A stretch of 17,131 nucleotides of DNA, taken from positions 1 to 17,131 of the forward strand of contig JAYEOW010000015.1 in assembly GCA_034723395.1 (NCBI GenBank). The letters run 5' to 3'. This stretch comes from Candidatus Margulisiibacteriota bacterium. Its GTDB lineage: Bacteria > Margulisbacteria > WOR-1 > O2-12-FULL-45-9. The notes beneath the pieces are model-generated. The model saw nothing but the letters and a program-made list of their open reading frames with translations, was not told the origin of the DNA and searched no databases. The position numbers and the translations under genes were made by a program. Each line of letters begins with the position of its first letter. The first letter of the stretch is position 1. Below, piece by piece: positions 1 through 8,174 of the stretch.

Positions 1-1
1 C

Positions 2-469
2 TGCAATGAAGAAAAGCTGGAATTTACTAGAAGCCGGGCCAACAAGAAAAACGACAATGCTTATGTTGAACAAAAGAACTGGACTCATGTCCGCAAAATC
101 TTTGGCTATTTCCGTTATGATACTCTCAAAGAGCTATCCATCATTAACGATTTATACCGCAATGAAGTCCGCTTGTACAAAAACTTCTTCCAGCCAATTA
201 TGAAATTGCGTAAAAAGGTCCGCATCGGGGCAAAAAGAAAACGTCAATATGAGCCAGCCAAAACCCCTTACCGGCGGCTGATGGAATCCAAACAGATTAA
301 CCAACAAACCAGGAAGCAACTTAAGGCTTCATACGAACAACTTAACCCCGCCGCCCTGAAAAGAACTATTGATCGGAAACTCTATTCTTTATTGCAGGTA
401 TACCAAGCTAAACGTAAAGGCATATCAAAAAGAATAAAAGCAAAGGAGGTGATTTCGGTTAGGTCTTAG
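2..469 (+). CDS. C-terminal part of an integrase-core (DDE, rve-like) transposase, 5'-truncated by the window edge
   Basis: Frame 2 is open from nt 2 and continuous with the 173..469 ORF. It reads CNEEKLEFTRSRANKKNDNAYVEQKNWTHVRKIFGYFRYD...LYKNFFQP...KTPYRRL...LNPAAL, the FTRSRxxKKNDNAxVEQKN / NFFQP / TPYxRL pattern typical of this IS transposase group. Confidence 0.85.
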   Translation, partial: CNEEKLEFTRSRANKKNDNAYVEQKNWTHVRKIFGYFRYDTLKELSIINDLYRNEVRLYKNFFQPIMKLRKKVRIGAKRKRQYEPAKTPYRRLMESKQINQQTRKQLKASYEQLNPAALKRTIDRKLYSLLQVYQAKRKGISKRIKAKEVISVRS

Positions 470-515
470 TTGATTTAACGATACTCATTTCGGTTAGGTT
501 TTTATATGATTTGAC
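452..515 (+). repeat. Two imperfect direct repeats at the probable right end of the IS
   Basis: ATTTCGGTTAGGTCTTAGTTGATTTAAC (452-479) and ATTTCGGTTAGGTTTTTATATGATTTGAC (487-515) share an identical 13-nt core and straddle the transposase stop codon. Confidence 0.7.
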
Positions 516-523
516 ACGGGGGG

Positions 524-2329
524 TCAATAGACATTTATCTTCTTTTCAAGAAGTTCAATAATTACAGGATCAACGATAAATCCGAGCTGTTGAGCTTTGC
601 GTGTATCGGATAAGGCCTTAGAATATTTTCCTAGTTTAAAATAAGCTTCACCTCGTTTAAAATAGGTCTCTTTTAACTTTGGATCCAGATCCAACGCTTT
701 GCTAAAATCGGCAATTGCCTTATGATCTCTTCCCATATGAAGATATGTATTACCCCGATTGTGGTAATAGATTGCCCTTTCCGGCCCTACAGAAATCGCA
801 CTACTATACGCCTGTAAAGCCTCTTTCAATTTACCAACTTGCCCTAAAGAATTACCCAGGTTATTAAACGCTTTATGCTTTGCAGGATCGATCTTAACTG
901 CGCGTCTTAGATCGATAACGGCTAGATGATGCTCCTCCATCTCATGGTATAAAGACCCTCGATTACCTAATACCTTGCTGGAATCGGGCTCCATACTAAG
1001 CGCTTTATTGTAATCCTCCAGAGCTTTTAGGTATTCCTTCCTCTGCTTATAAACATTCCCGCGGTTCATAAACGACTCATAAAAGCCAGGGAACAACCTG
1101 CAAGCTTCATTATTTAAAAAGAGATTATCACGCCAAATACTAATCCTTCTCCAAGTAATGTTCAGCGTGGTTAGGATAAGCACAACCAGCAAAACAATAA
1201 ATAGCTTGCTAAACAATTTGTTGTTTTTAACTTTATCCTGATAAAACCAGACAGTCCCCTCGGCAAACAGATAAAATATCCCTACAACCGGAAGATATGC
1301 GTAACGATCGGCAAAATAACCTACCTGGATAAATAAAATCCCGGGAGCGATCACAATAAAAAAGAATAAGAGACCGAACATGACTTTTATCTTCTTACGA
1401 AACAGTAAAAACAGCCCCCCCAGCAATAAAATTAACAATAGTGGGGATATTAAAAAGCTAAATGGTAATAAGGTGAAGCTTTCCTGCAAATGTTCGGGGA
1501 TAAACGAGGCGTGGGGGAATAATCGAGTGAAATTAAACAACAAGAACACTCTGGGCAAATAGTAAAACAATACTCGATAACTCAATATAAATAGATTCAT
1601 CAAAGAGAGTGGTGGTTCGGGGACAACTAAGCCGCCGGTTGCCTGCTTTGCTAATATAGCGATAATTCCAAACAGAACAGAGAACGCAAAAAATGGTATT
1701 TTATCTTTTAAATTCCAACGTTTTCGATAATAATCGATCAAGATCAAAACCAATGGCAGTGAAATAGCCATCGGTTTTGATAGGAGTGAAAACAAGAAAA
1801 GCAACAGAGCTAAGTAATAATATTTTTTTTGGTCTAAATCACGATACAAGATATATGATATGAGAGATGTGAGAAAAAAGAACGCATACAATACATCTTT
1901 ACGCTCCGCTATCCAGGCGACCGACTCGACCTGGAGCGGATGGATACCGAAGATAAGCCCGGTGATAAAAGCAATTAGAATATTTCCTGATAACAAATAG
2001 ATAAAGCAAAAAACTAATGTGGCGTTAGCCAAATGGAGAATCAGGTTTGTCCAGTGGTATACCACCGGATTAAAACCGAAATAGTGGTGTTCGATCGCAT
2101 AGGACACATGGACCAGCGGGTGGTAAAGGCCGTAATGCGAAGCGGTGAACATAGTTTTTATGCTACCCGGCGAAAGAGAAGTTATCTTATCGTTTTCCAG
2201 CAGCATTTCCTTGTCGTCCCATTCGACAAATTTATTATTCAGCGACGGAGCGAAGGCGATAAAGGCGGCGATCATGGTCAGAATAACCGAAAGCAATATT
2301 TGATTTTTCTTTGACTTTAAAAATTCCAT
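524..2329 (-). CDS. TMTC-like GT-C membrane glycosyltransferase (putative protein O-mannosyltransferase) with C-terminal TPRs
   Basis: Many hydrophobic segments; WDD motif after the first TM helix; YHPL, HPLQVESVAWIAERKD, LLSKP and ADRYAYLP motifs; about five 34-aa TPR units at the C-terminus. Confidence 0.85.
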   Translation of the reverse strand: MEFLKSKKNQILLSVILTMIAAFIAFAPSLNNKFVEWDDKEMLLENDKITSLSPGSIKTMFTASHYGLYHPLVHVSYAIEHHYFGFNPVVYHWTNLILHLANATLVFCFIYLLSGNILIAFITGLIFGIHPLQVESVAWIAERKDVLYAFFFLTSLISYILYRDLDQKKYYYLALLLFLFSLLSKPMAISLPLVLILIDYYRKRWNLKDKIPFFAFSVLFGIIAILAKQATGGLVVPEPPLSLMNLFILSYRVLFYYLPRVFLLFNFTRLFPHASFIPEHLQESFTLLPFSFLISPLLLILLLGGLFLLFRKKIKVMFGLLFFFIVIAPGILFIQVGYFADRYAYLPVVGIFYLFAEGTVWFYQDKVKNNKLFSKLFIVLLVVLILTTLNITWRRISIWRDNLFLNNEACRLFPGFYESFMNRGNVYKQRKEYLKALEDYNKALSMEPDSSKVLGNRGSLYHEMEEHHLAVIDLRRAVKIDPAKHKAFNNLGNSLGQVGKLKEALQAYSSAISVGPERAIYYHNRGNTYLHMGRDHKAIADFSKALDLDPKLKETYFKRGEAYFKLGKYSKALSDTRKAQQLGFIVDPVIIELLEKKINVY

Positions 2330-2339
2330 GAGAATTTTA

Positions 2340-2687
2340 TTATCTTTGAGAATTGATAAGCCCAGATATCATCTTAGACAATTCTTCAAGCTTTTTATAC
2401 AAATCATTTTTTTGTTGAACTGAAATCAATCCCACATCGTTTACAATATCAATTATTGCAACACACTCGAATACCGAACCACGAGCAATAACATAAAAGT
2501 GCCTTTTGTCAGCTTTCGAATAACGTCCCGCCCATTCAGCAATATTTAATGGGATCGAAAGGCTAGCCCTTTGGAGTTGATCAATCATACGAGGGTGGAT
2601 CCCTTTCAACTTAGAAATTAATCCAGATGCTTCGCTGGCAAATTGCTTTGATTTTTTATATACTTCAAACTTCTCGAAATCGAACAT
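2340..2687 (-). CDS. Four-helix-bundle protein (23S rRNA intervening-sequence protein / Avd-like family)
   Basis: 115 aa with FEKFEVYKKS, DQLQRASLSIPLNIAE(W)AGR, FYVIARGSVFEC and SKMISGLI family motifs. Confidence 0.9.
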   Translation of the reverse strand: MFDFEKFEVYKKSKQFASEASGLISKLKGIHPRMIDQLQRASLSIPLNIAEWAGRYSKADKRHFYVIARGSVFECVAIIDIVNDVGLISVQQKNDLYKKLEELSKMISGLINSQR

Positions 2688-2694
2688 ATAATTA

Positions 2695-2703
2695 ATTATA
2701 CCA
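2695..2703 (-). promoter_or_regulatory. Extended -10 promoter (TGGTATAAT) 7 nt upstream of the ATG; probable leaderless transcript
   Basis: Minus strand reads TGGTATAAT-TAATTAT-ATG, with no Shine-Dalgarno sequence between the -10 and the start codon. Confidence 0.5.
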
Positions 2704-2733
2704 CGCCCTCATTCCTCCTCCTCATTCTTCTCC

Positions 2734-2759
2734 TTAAAATTTGCTTGCGCAAATTTTAA
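2734..2759. terminator. Perfect 11-bp hairpin immediately 3' of the tRNA (terminator or processing signal)
   Basis: TTAAAATTTGC-TTGC-GCAAATTTTAA. There is no U-tract on the minus strand, so a terminator role is uncertain. Confidence 0.4.
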
Positions 2760-2760
2760 A

Positions 2761-2834
2761 TGCGCCTGGCGGGATTCGAACCCACAACCCTTAGCTTCGG
2801 AGGCTAATACTCTATCCAGTTGAGCTACAGGCGC
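2761..2834 (-). tRNA. tRNA-Arg (anticodon CCG), CCA not encoded
   Basis: Reverse complement GCGCCTGTAGCTCAACTGGATAGAGTATTAGCCTCCGAAGCTAAGGGTTGTGGGTTCGAATCCCGCCAGGCGCA: 7-bp acceptor stem GCGCCTG/CAGGCGC, anticodon arm TTAGC-CTCCGAA-GCTAA, T-loop GTTCGAA. Confidence 0.96.
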
Positions 2835-2836
2835 AC

Positions 2837-2867
2837 GTCCTTCGACTCACTCCGTTCGCTCAGGATT
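2837..2867. repeat. REP-like short imperfect palindrome
   Basis: GTCCTTCGACTCACTCCGTTCGCTCAGGATT resembles the insert at 4495-4522 and supplies the last codons and TGA of the peptidase gene. Confidence 0.55.
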
Positions 2868-3476
2868 CAATTTTACCACAATCATCACTTTCCTGCCCGT
2901 TTTCCAGTCATGAATAGCATTAAAAGCAACCTGGTATTTATAACGGTAATTCCTTCCCCGCTTCGTGCCGGGGTCGTTGGTTATGAATTCTCCGCTACGA
3001 TCATCATATCCTTTGAACAACATATAATGGTAAGAGGGGCCGGGAGGAGTATAATATGGATTATTAAGCTCTCTCCCTGCCATTGGGGTAATAACTAAAT
3101 TCCCTTTGGCCAATTCATCCTTAATATCTTCGATTGAAATATCGTATTTTACTATTACATTACTATGATCATAATAATCCCTAATCAATTGGGCCGATTG
3201 TGCGGCAGTTAGATCGTAATGCCCGCCTAATTTCCTGCGCTGGAACGCCACTTGATCGAGAATCTCCATCTTCCCATCCGCTTTTGTTACCCCCTTCCCC
3301 TCAACATACCTCATCGCCATAATAATCGCCGCCTCTTCACAGCCATCCTGCCATGGCTGGCTCCAATTGGCGTACGGCGCCTGGCACAAAAAGGGAACGG
3401 GGATGTAGATCTTTATTGGTAAGGCACCTGCCGGGATAATTAAACTAATTAACAATATAATTAATAAAAGTCTCAT
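2847..3476 (-). CDS. Secreted C39-like cysteine peptidase
   Basis: Signal peptide; VPFLCQAP...DGCEEA (Gln and catalytic Cys); HYMLFKGYD (His); FITNDPG (Asp). Confidence 0.85.
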   Translation of the reverse strand: MRLLLIILLISLIIPAGALPIKIYIPVPFLCQAPYANWSQPWQDGCEEAAIIMAMRYVEGKGVTKADGKMEILDQVAFQRRKLGGHYDLTAAQSAQLIRDYYDHSNVIVKYDISIEDIKDELAKGNLVITPMAGRELNNPYYTPPGPSYHYMLFKGYDDRSGEFITNDPGTKRGRNYRYKYQVAFNAIHDWKTGRKVMIVVKLNPERTE

Positions 3477-3478
3477 AT

Positions 3479-3614
3479 GTTTGTTTAAGAATATCAGATG
3501 AACAGATTATCAGAACTGGAATATCAGAATATTAGAGTATCAGAATTTTCTAATATTCTGATTATCTGATCCTCCAGCTCTAGTCTTCTAATACTCTAAT
3601 ATTCTTACACAAAC
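3479..3614. repeat. Long imperfect palindrome built from 8-nt GAATATCA-like units
   Basis: Left arm: GTTTGTTTAA GAATATCA GATGAACA GATTATCA GAACTG GAATATCA GAATATTA GAGTATCA GAA. Right arm reverse complement: GTTTGTGTAA GAATATTA GAGTATTA GAAGACTA GAGCTG GAGGATCA GATAATCA GAATATTA GAA. Confidence 0.85.
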
Positions 3615-3690
3615 CACCAACAACTAATTTTATCATAATAAATCAAATTAGAATGCAAGTTTGGGCAGCGATAGAACGATAAGATATACG

Positions 3691-3864
3691 ATGGCATTTA
3701 CAACCGGGATCGTCCCCTTTAAATTTTACCAGGCAAGACAAAACGATGTTGGGCTTACTGTCGCCGAATTCGCTAACAATAGGAATCTCCCCGTAGAACG
3801 TGTTGAAAGGGAAAATAAGTCCGAAAAAATCGAAGACGGCGAAATGATTATTTTACATAATTAG
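3691..3864 (+). CDS. Small hypothetical protein (doubtful)
   Basis: ATG at 3691 gives 57 aa in an otherwise empty gap. It has no recognisable motif and overlaps the convergent FAH gene by 17 nt. Confidence 0.3.
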   Translation: MAFTTGIVPFKFYQARQNDVGLTVAEFANNRNLPVERVERENKSEKIEDGEMIILHN

Positions 3865-4456
3865 TAAGCTTCCCGACCCCTTCGATCTCGACCACTACCT
3901 CATCCCCAACCTTCATCTCCCCTATCCCCGGCGGCGTCCCGGTAATGATCACATCATCTTTTTGCAGGGGCATGATCTGTGAGATAAATGATATGAGATA
4001 TTTGACGGGGAAAATCATATTTGAAGTGTTGGAAGACTGCTTTAACTCGCCATTCAGATAAGTTTTTATTGCCAGATTGTCCGGATTTATATCTTTTACG
4101 ATCCTCGGCCCTAAAGGACAGAAGGTATTAAACGATTTTGCCCGAATCCATTGCCCATCTCTCCGCTGTAGATCACGCGCCGTCACATCGTTCGCACAAG
4201 TAAATCCTTTGATATGCTTTAACGCTTCCTCCGGCTCGATCTTTTCCGTGTGGTCCTTGATCACAACTGCCAGTTCACATTCGTAGTGTAATTCTTTTGT
4301 CATCGCTGGATAAATAATCGTATCACCATTATAAATCACCGTAGTTGGTGGCTTCATAAAGATAACTGGCTCTTTAGGGATCGGTTTATTCATCTCTTTA
4401 GCGTGATCTATATAATTTAATCCGACACAGACTATTTTAGTAGGCTTTAATTTCAT
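3848..4456 (-). CDS. Fumarylacetoacetate hydrolase (FAH) family protein
   Basis: KIVCVGLNYIDH, PVIFMKP, HYECELAVVI, NDVTARDLQ, RAKSFNTFCPLGP and DVIITGTPPG motifs. ATG 4456 is preferred over GTG 4465 because GAGGTG lies at SD spacing from it. Confidence 0.95.
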   Translation of the reverse strand: MKLKPTKIVCVGLNYIDHAKEMNKPIPKEPVIFMKPPTTVIYNGDTIIYPAMTKELHYECELAVVIKDHTEKIEPEEALKHIKGFTCANDVTARDLQRRDGQWIRAKSFNTFCPLGPRIVKDINPDNLAIKTYLNGELKQSSNTSNMIFPVKYLISFISQIMPLQKDDVIITGTPPGIGEMKVGDEVVVEIEGVGKLTNYVK

Positions 4457-4473
4457 TTCTGACACCTCTATTA

Positions 4474-4594
4474 TAAATCCAAATTAAAAAATCCCCCTCG
4501 GCACAAGTTGCTCGGGGCAAGCAAAATCCCAACAATGTGTTTTTATCATATAATATTTTCCTTGTTTGGATTTTGACATTTGGATTTTGGATCT
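4474..4594. mobile_element. Heptamer-arm cassette, copy 1 (empty, MITE-like), with a 28-nt REP-like insert in the left arm
   Basis: Left arm TAAATCCAAATTAAAAAATCC[4495-4522 insert]AAAATCCCAACAATGTGT and right arm CCTTGTTTGGATTTTGACATTTGGATTTTGGAT, separated by only ~19 nt of AT-rich DNA. Confidence 0.7.
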
Positions 4595-4605
4595 ATCCCG
4601 ACAAT

Positions 4606-5100
4606 TAAATCCAAATTAAAAAATCCAAAATCCCAACAATGTGTCGCCTGCGGCGACATATTATTATATTTCACTTCACCTTTTCGATTATCGAGCTCAA
4701 TATCTTGACCAATTCATTACATTCTGAAAGGAGCATCTTTGCTTTTTCAATATTTGCAGCATTGTTAAGTGATTTTGAATTGATAATCAATCTGAGCCAA
4801 TAAGCAGTTTCTTTGGCCTCATTCCGAGCAATGGTAGTCTTGTTACCGAATTCTTTTCTGCTCCTGGCGCCGTCAGCTTCTTCTACGTTCGCACCGATCG
4901 ATGTTCCGGATCGAATAATTTGCCTTCCAATATCCCTGATCTCTGAATTCCTTAATAAAATCCGGCTAAACTTCACCATCTCAAGCGCAAATCGATAAGT
5001 CCGATCTTTAATATCGTATTTTTTTGTCATATAAATTAAATTCCGAGCGAGAGCGAGGGATACCTTGTTTGGATTTTGACATTTGGATTTTGGATTTCAT
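4606..5100 (-). mobile_element. Heptamer-arm cassette, copy 2, carrying a four-helix-bundle gene
   Basis: The same left and right arms flank the 4671..5030 ORF; internal hairpin TGTCGCC-TGC-GGCGACA. Confidence 0.75.
4671..5030 (-). CDS. Four-helix-bundle protein (23S rRNA IVP / Avd-like family)
   Basis: DIKDRTYRFA, RQIIRSGTSIGANVEEA, SRKEF, EAKETAYWLRL and ELVKILSSI motifs. Confidence 0.92.
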   Translation of the reverse strand: MTKKYDIKDRTYRFALEMVKFSRILLRNSEIRDIGRQIIRSGTSIGANVEEADGARSRKEFGNKTTIARNEAKETAYWLRLIINSKSLNNAANIEKAKMLLSECNELVKILSSIIEKVK

Positions 5101-5105
5101 ATTGT

Positions 5106-5903
5106 CTATTTCTGGCACCTTGGACAAAAATAAGTTCCCCTTTGGGCCATAACTATCCGTTTCACCCTTGACTTTGATTTACATCTTACACAATTTTCCC
5201 CTTTTCTGCCATAGACCTTCAACCGGAGCTGGAAACCGCCTTTTTTTCCCTTCGCGTCAACGAACCAGTTGTCCGATGTCCCCCTTTGCCCTAATGCTTC
5301 GTGCAAAATATTTACGATTTCCCTGTGAAGCCTTTTTATCTCTGCATCTTTCAGGCTGTCTCCCCTTCTTTGAGGCCTTATCCTTGCCCTAAAAAGCGCC
5401 TCGGCCGCGTAGATATTCCCGATCCCGGATATCAATCTTTGCTGCATGAGAATATTTTTTATTTTTGTCTTCCTCGACCCCAATATCCCTTTTAACACTT
5501 CCGGGGTAAAAACATCCGACAGCGGCTCCGGGCCGAGTTTCAGGTCGGGATATTGGCCAAAAAATCTTATCTTCCCGAAAAGGCGCGCGTCAGAATAATA
5601 CAAGGACCTCTTCCCGGAAAGATCAAATATCACTTTTACATAATCATCAGGGGAAAAGAGGAGCCGGCCGGTCATGCCAAGATGGACAACCATATATTTG
5701 CCGGAGGCAAGCTCAAAGAGAAGATACTTTGCCCGCCTTTTAACATCAACGATCTTCTGGCCTATCATCTTTTTCTTAAGTTGTTTAAATGAAATACCGC
5801 GGATCACACGACGGTCGATCGCCTCAACGTTAATTACCTTTCTCCCTTTTACGAAAGGAAGAACATCACGGCGGACTATCTCTACTTCGGGAAGTTCCGG
5901 CAT
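5106..5903 (-). CDS. mutM: Formamidopyrimidine-DNA glycosylase / AP lyase (Fpg)
   Basis: N-terminal MPELPEVE, RRAKYL, HLGMTG, DARLFG, LGPEP, GIGNIYAAEALF (H2TH) and C-terminal zinc finger CVRC...CPRCQ. Confidence 0.97.
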   Translation of the reverse strand: MPELPEVEIVRRDVLPFVKGRKVINVEAIDRRVIRGISFKQLKKKMIGQKIVDVKRRAKYLLFELASGKYMVVHLGMTGRLLFSPDDYVKVIFDLSGKRSLYYSDARLFGKIRFFGQYPDLKLGPEPLSDVFTPEVLKGILGSRKTKIKNILMQQRLISGIGNIYAAEALFRARIRPQRRGDSLKDAEIKRLHREIVNILHEALGQRGTSDNWFVDAKGKKGGFQLRLKVYGRKGENCVRCKSKSRVKRIVMAQRGTYFCPRCQK

Positions 5904-5914
5904 AGAAGACTATA

Positions 5915-7177
5915 CTAGCGGATTACGACGCCAAACTCAACCTCGCGCTCGGCTCCCGACGATTCGTCGGTGACCAGCCATTTAACATTGGTGACATTCG
6001 GATCGACATAAGTTCCAAATGGGGTATAATCCCAGGTCAAACCTTCGTCGCTCGAAAACTGTATAGTAGGAAATGTTTCACCGGTAGCCGATCCGAGCAG
6101 AAATTCGGTAAAATTTGGCGGCACCTTATCGGCAATCTCTATTCCTGAAGAGCGGGCAAATCCATCATTTAGATAGGTAAGTGTATAGGTAATTGTTGAT
6201 CCTGGAACAGGATCATATGGATCGCCCGAATATCCACCAGAGATCGGCGCCTCGGTAGTTAACGATCGGGTAAGCTTCATATGCGGCGCGCTCCCTTCGT
6301 TGGAGAAATCACTTATGTTCCCCGCGTTATCCTGCGCGGCGATCACATAATAGTAGTTATTTCCAAGCGATACTCCGCTATCATCGGTAGCTGTGTCGGT
6401 TAACAATGGAAAGTATAGATAATAACCTGTCCCCCAAACCTCTTCGGTCCGGTAGACATTATATCCGGCGAGACCCGAAAGTGCGTCGGTAGTTGGAGTC
6501 CAGGACAGATAAACGTAAGTTGGTCCTGCATCGGGTGAAGCCAGTGCGGTAATAATTTCGGGAATTAGCGGCGGGACAAAATCGGCGCGGTAATCGTTGG
6601 GAGAACCGCCCAAGACCACCCAATCGCTGTAATAATTCTCGAGATCTTTTACTCTTGCCTGCCAGATATACCCTTCTCCATGCGCTGCTTCTCCGGCAGA
6701 GACCGAAGCATTAAGCGTAGTTCCCGAATAATCGGTCGCGGAACTCTCCCCGCTTACCGAATTTGTAAAAGCCTCGCCGCTATAGGCAATTTCGACCTGC
6801 AGAGTGAGGATATCGCCCGGGTCCGGATCATCCATATCAGCTTTGAATACCTCAACAGTTGTATTTGTCCAGCCAGCCGGCCAGGATATCTGAACCACAC
6901 CGCCATCTTTATATTGATCTAATGATTCGGGGGTGCCCGGTTTTGTATTAGTTTGGTAGGTATAGCCGCCCCAGGCGGTAAAATTTGCCGATCCCTCTTT
7001 GGTCCCAAGATCGGTTCCGTTGCCGACGCGAAGGATATAGCTTGCCGAAGCCCCTTTACTTCCAACCTGCGTTATCCCATCGCTCTGGATCCCATAATTA
7101 CTACTCGACCGCTTGGCAGCGTAAGCGGCTGTCATTGATAGAAGAGCTATTAAAAATATTAGCCATCTATTTTTCAT
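5915..7177 (-). CDS. Secreted protein with fibronectin type III-like and C-terminal DUF11-like domains
   Basis: Signal peptide MKNRWLIFLIALLSMTAAYA; FN3-like VYLSWTP...LAGYNVYR...YYYVIAAQDNAGNIS; DUF11-like PGSTITYTLTYLNDG...IADKVP...VKW...FGVVIR. ATG 7177 is chosen because the two orphan gene starts begin at the equivalent codon (7183 is an alternative). Confidence 0.75.
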   Translation of the reverse strand: MKNRWLIFLIALLSMTAAYAAKRSSSNYGIQSDGITQVGSKGASASYILRVGNGTDLGTKEGSANFTAWGGYTYQTNTKPGTPESLDQYKDGGVVQISWPAGWTNTTVEVFKADMDDPDPGDILTLQVEIAYSGEAFTNSVSGESSATDYSGTTLNASVSAGEAAHGEGYIWQARVKDLENYYSDWVVLGGSPNDYRADFVPPLIPEIITALASPDAGPTYVYLSWTPTTDALSGLAGYNVYRTEEVWGTGYYLYFPLLTDTATDDSGVSLGNNYYYVIAAQDNAGNISDFSNEGSAPHMKLTRSLTTEAPISGGYSGDPYDPVPGSTITYTLTYLNDGFARSSGIEIADKVPPNFTEFLLGSATGETFPTIQFSSDEGLTWDYTPFGTYVDPNVTNVKWLVTDESSGAEREVEFGVVIR

Positions 7178-7192
7178 TACCATTATTGGAAT

Positions 7193-7642
7193 TTAAATAT
7201 TGTTACCAATCTCTTTGATAAAAGATTTGCCCTTTTTGGAATAATCTTTAAGTATATCTAGATCAAGAGTATTGTCGATAATAAAACCATATTGAATTTC
7301 CTGTCTACTCTCTTTAAGGGCTCTCAAAATATTTAAGTAATTTTCAGATATTTGACCAGATTTAATATAGGCATGCTCAAGATAAGTTAATGTACAATAA
7401 TGGCTTCTCTCTTTTATTCCATCCTTAAAAAGCAATGCTCTTGCGGCATGAAAAAAAGCATAGTAAAGATAGATAGAAATTGTTTCGACATCTTCCAGCT
7501 TCAGATAGTTTTCAGCTTTTTCTAAAAAATGCTCTGCCTGGCGGATGCTTTTACCAGCCAATTCTCTGCTTGGCCTGCTTTTGATCAAAAGTCTCTTTTT
7601 AAAACAATCATCAACTTCAGTCAAATATTCCCTCTCCTTCAA
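7193..7642 (-). CDS. HEPN domain protein (putative toxin of the MNT-HEPN pair)
   Basis: AEHFLEKAE...YYAFFHAARALL...GIKERSH...RQEIQY pattern, directly overlapping the MNT gene. TTG at 7624, behind GGAGAGGG, is a likely alternative start. Confidence 0.85.
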   Translation of the reverse strand: MKEREYLTEVDDCFKKRLLIKSRPSRELAGKSIRQAEHFLEKAENYLKLEDVETISIYLYYAFFHAARALLFKDGIKERSHYCTLTYLEHAYIKSGQISENYLNILRALKESRQEIQYGFIIDNTLDLDILKDYSKKGKSFIKEIGNNI

Positions 7643-8174
7643 ATATCGAAGTGAATTTTATGCGGGAGTAAAACTCGGGATCCTTATTTTTTATTCTCTG
7701 CAGCTTATCTTTATTTAATATTAATATATTGGTTTCAACTTTAAGCTCTTTTTCAAAAATTGAAGATATTTTTGAAACCTTTGCCGGATCCATTCTCTCT
7801 GCATAGACCCACAGGTCCAAATCGCTATGCTCATCGTTTGATCCATCGGCAAAAGAGCCGTAGATCCCCGCCACTCCCACCCTGCTAAGCTCAAAGTAAG
7901 CTTTTGATGATAGTAATTCATTAAGATTAATGAATGATTTTACCTTTTGAAGCAAAAGATTTTCCCGCTTTAAAAAAACTATTTTCCTATTCTTTTCTTT
8001 AGAAATTTCAACAAATTCCAAGTTAAGCAGCTTTTTTATAGTTGAATGAGTAACTGAAGTAGAAATCTTTAGAGTACTCGCGATCTCCCGAAGGTAAAAA
8101 TCTCCTCTCGAAAGAAGTCTTATTACTTTAAAACCATTTTTGTCCAACATTTTAAAGATATTCATATCGTTCAC
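7617..8174 (-). CDS. Winged-HTH plus minimal nucleotidyltransferase (MNT) antitoxin
   Basis: N-terminal wHTH (YLREIASTLKISTSVTHSTIKKL) and nucleotidyltransferase signature IYGSFADG...SDLDLWV. ATG 8165 is an alternative start. Confidence 0.88.
   Translation of the reverse strand: MNDMNIFKMLDKNGFKVIRLLSRGDFYLREIASTLKISTSVTHSTIKKLLNLEFVEISKEKNRKIVFLKRENLLLQKVKSFINLNELLSSKAYFELSRVGVAGIYGSFADGSNDEHSDLDLWVYAERMDPAKVSKISSIFEKELKVETNILILNKDKLQRIKNKDPEFYSRIKFTSIFEGEGIFD

Noticed and set aside
6..203. 65-aa ORF in frame 3
   Set aside because: It is an alternative frame of the transposase; the recognisable motifs are in frame 2.
2761..2834. tRNA-Arg as the attachment site of an integrated island
   Set aside because: No duplicate of the tRNA 3' end and no tyrosine or serine integrase are seen in the window.
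3655..3682. Sigma28-like promoter (GCAAGTTT-N12-AACGATAA) before the small + strand ORF
   Set aside because: Several mismatches and non-canonical spacing, and the ORF itself is doubtful.
4474..4660. CRISPR array
   Set aside because: The repeats are inverted heptamer arms, not regularly spaced direct repeats with unique spacers, and there are no cas genes.
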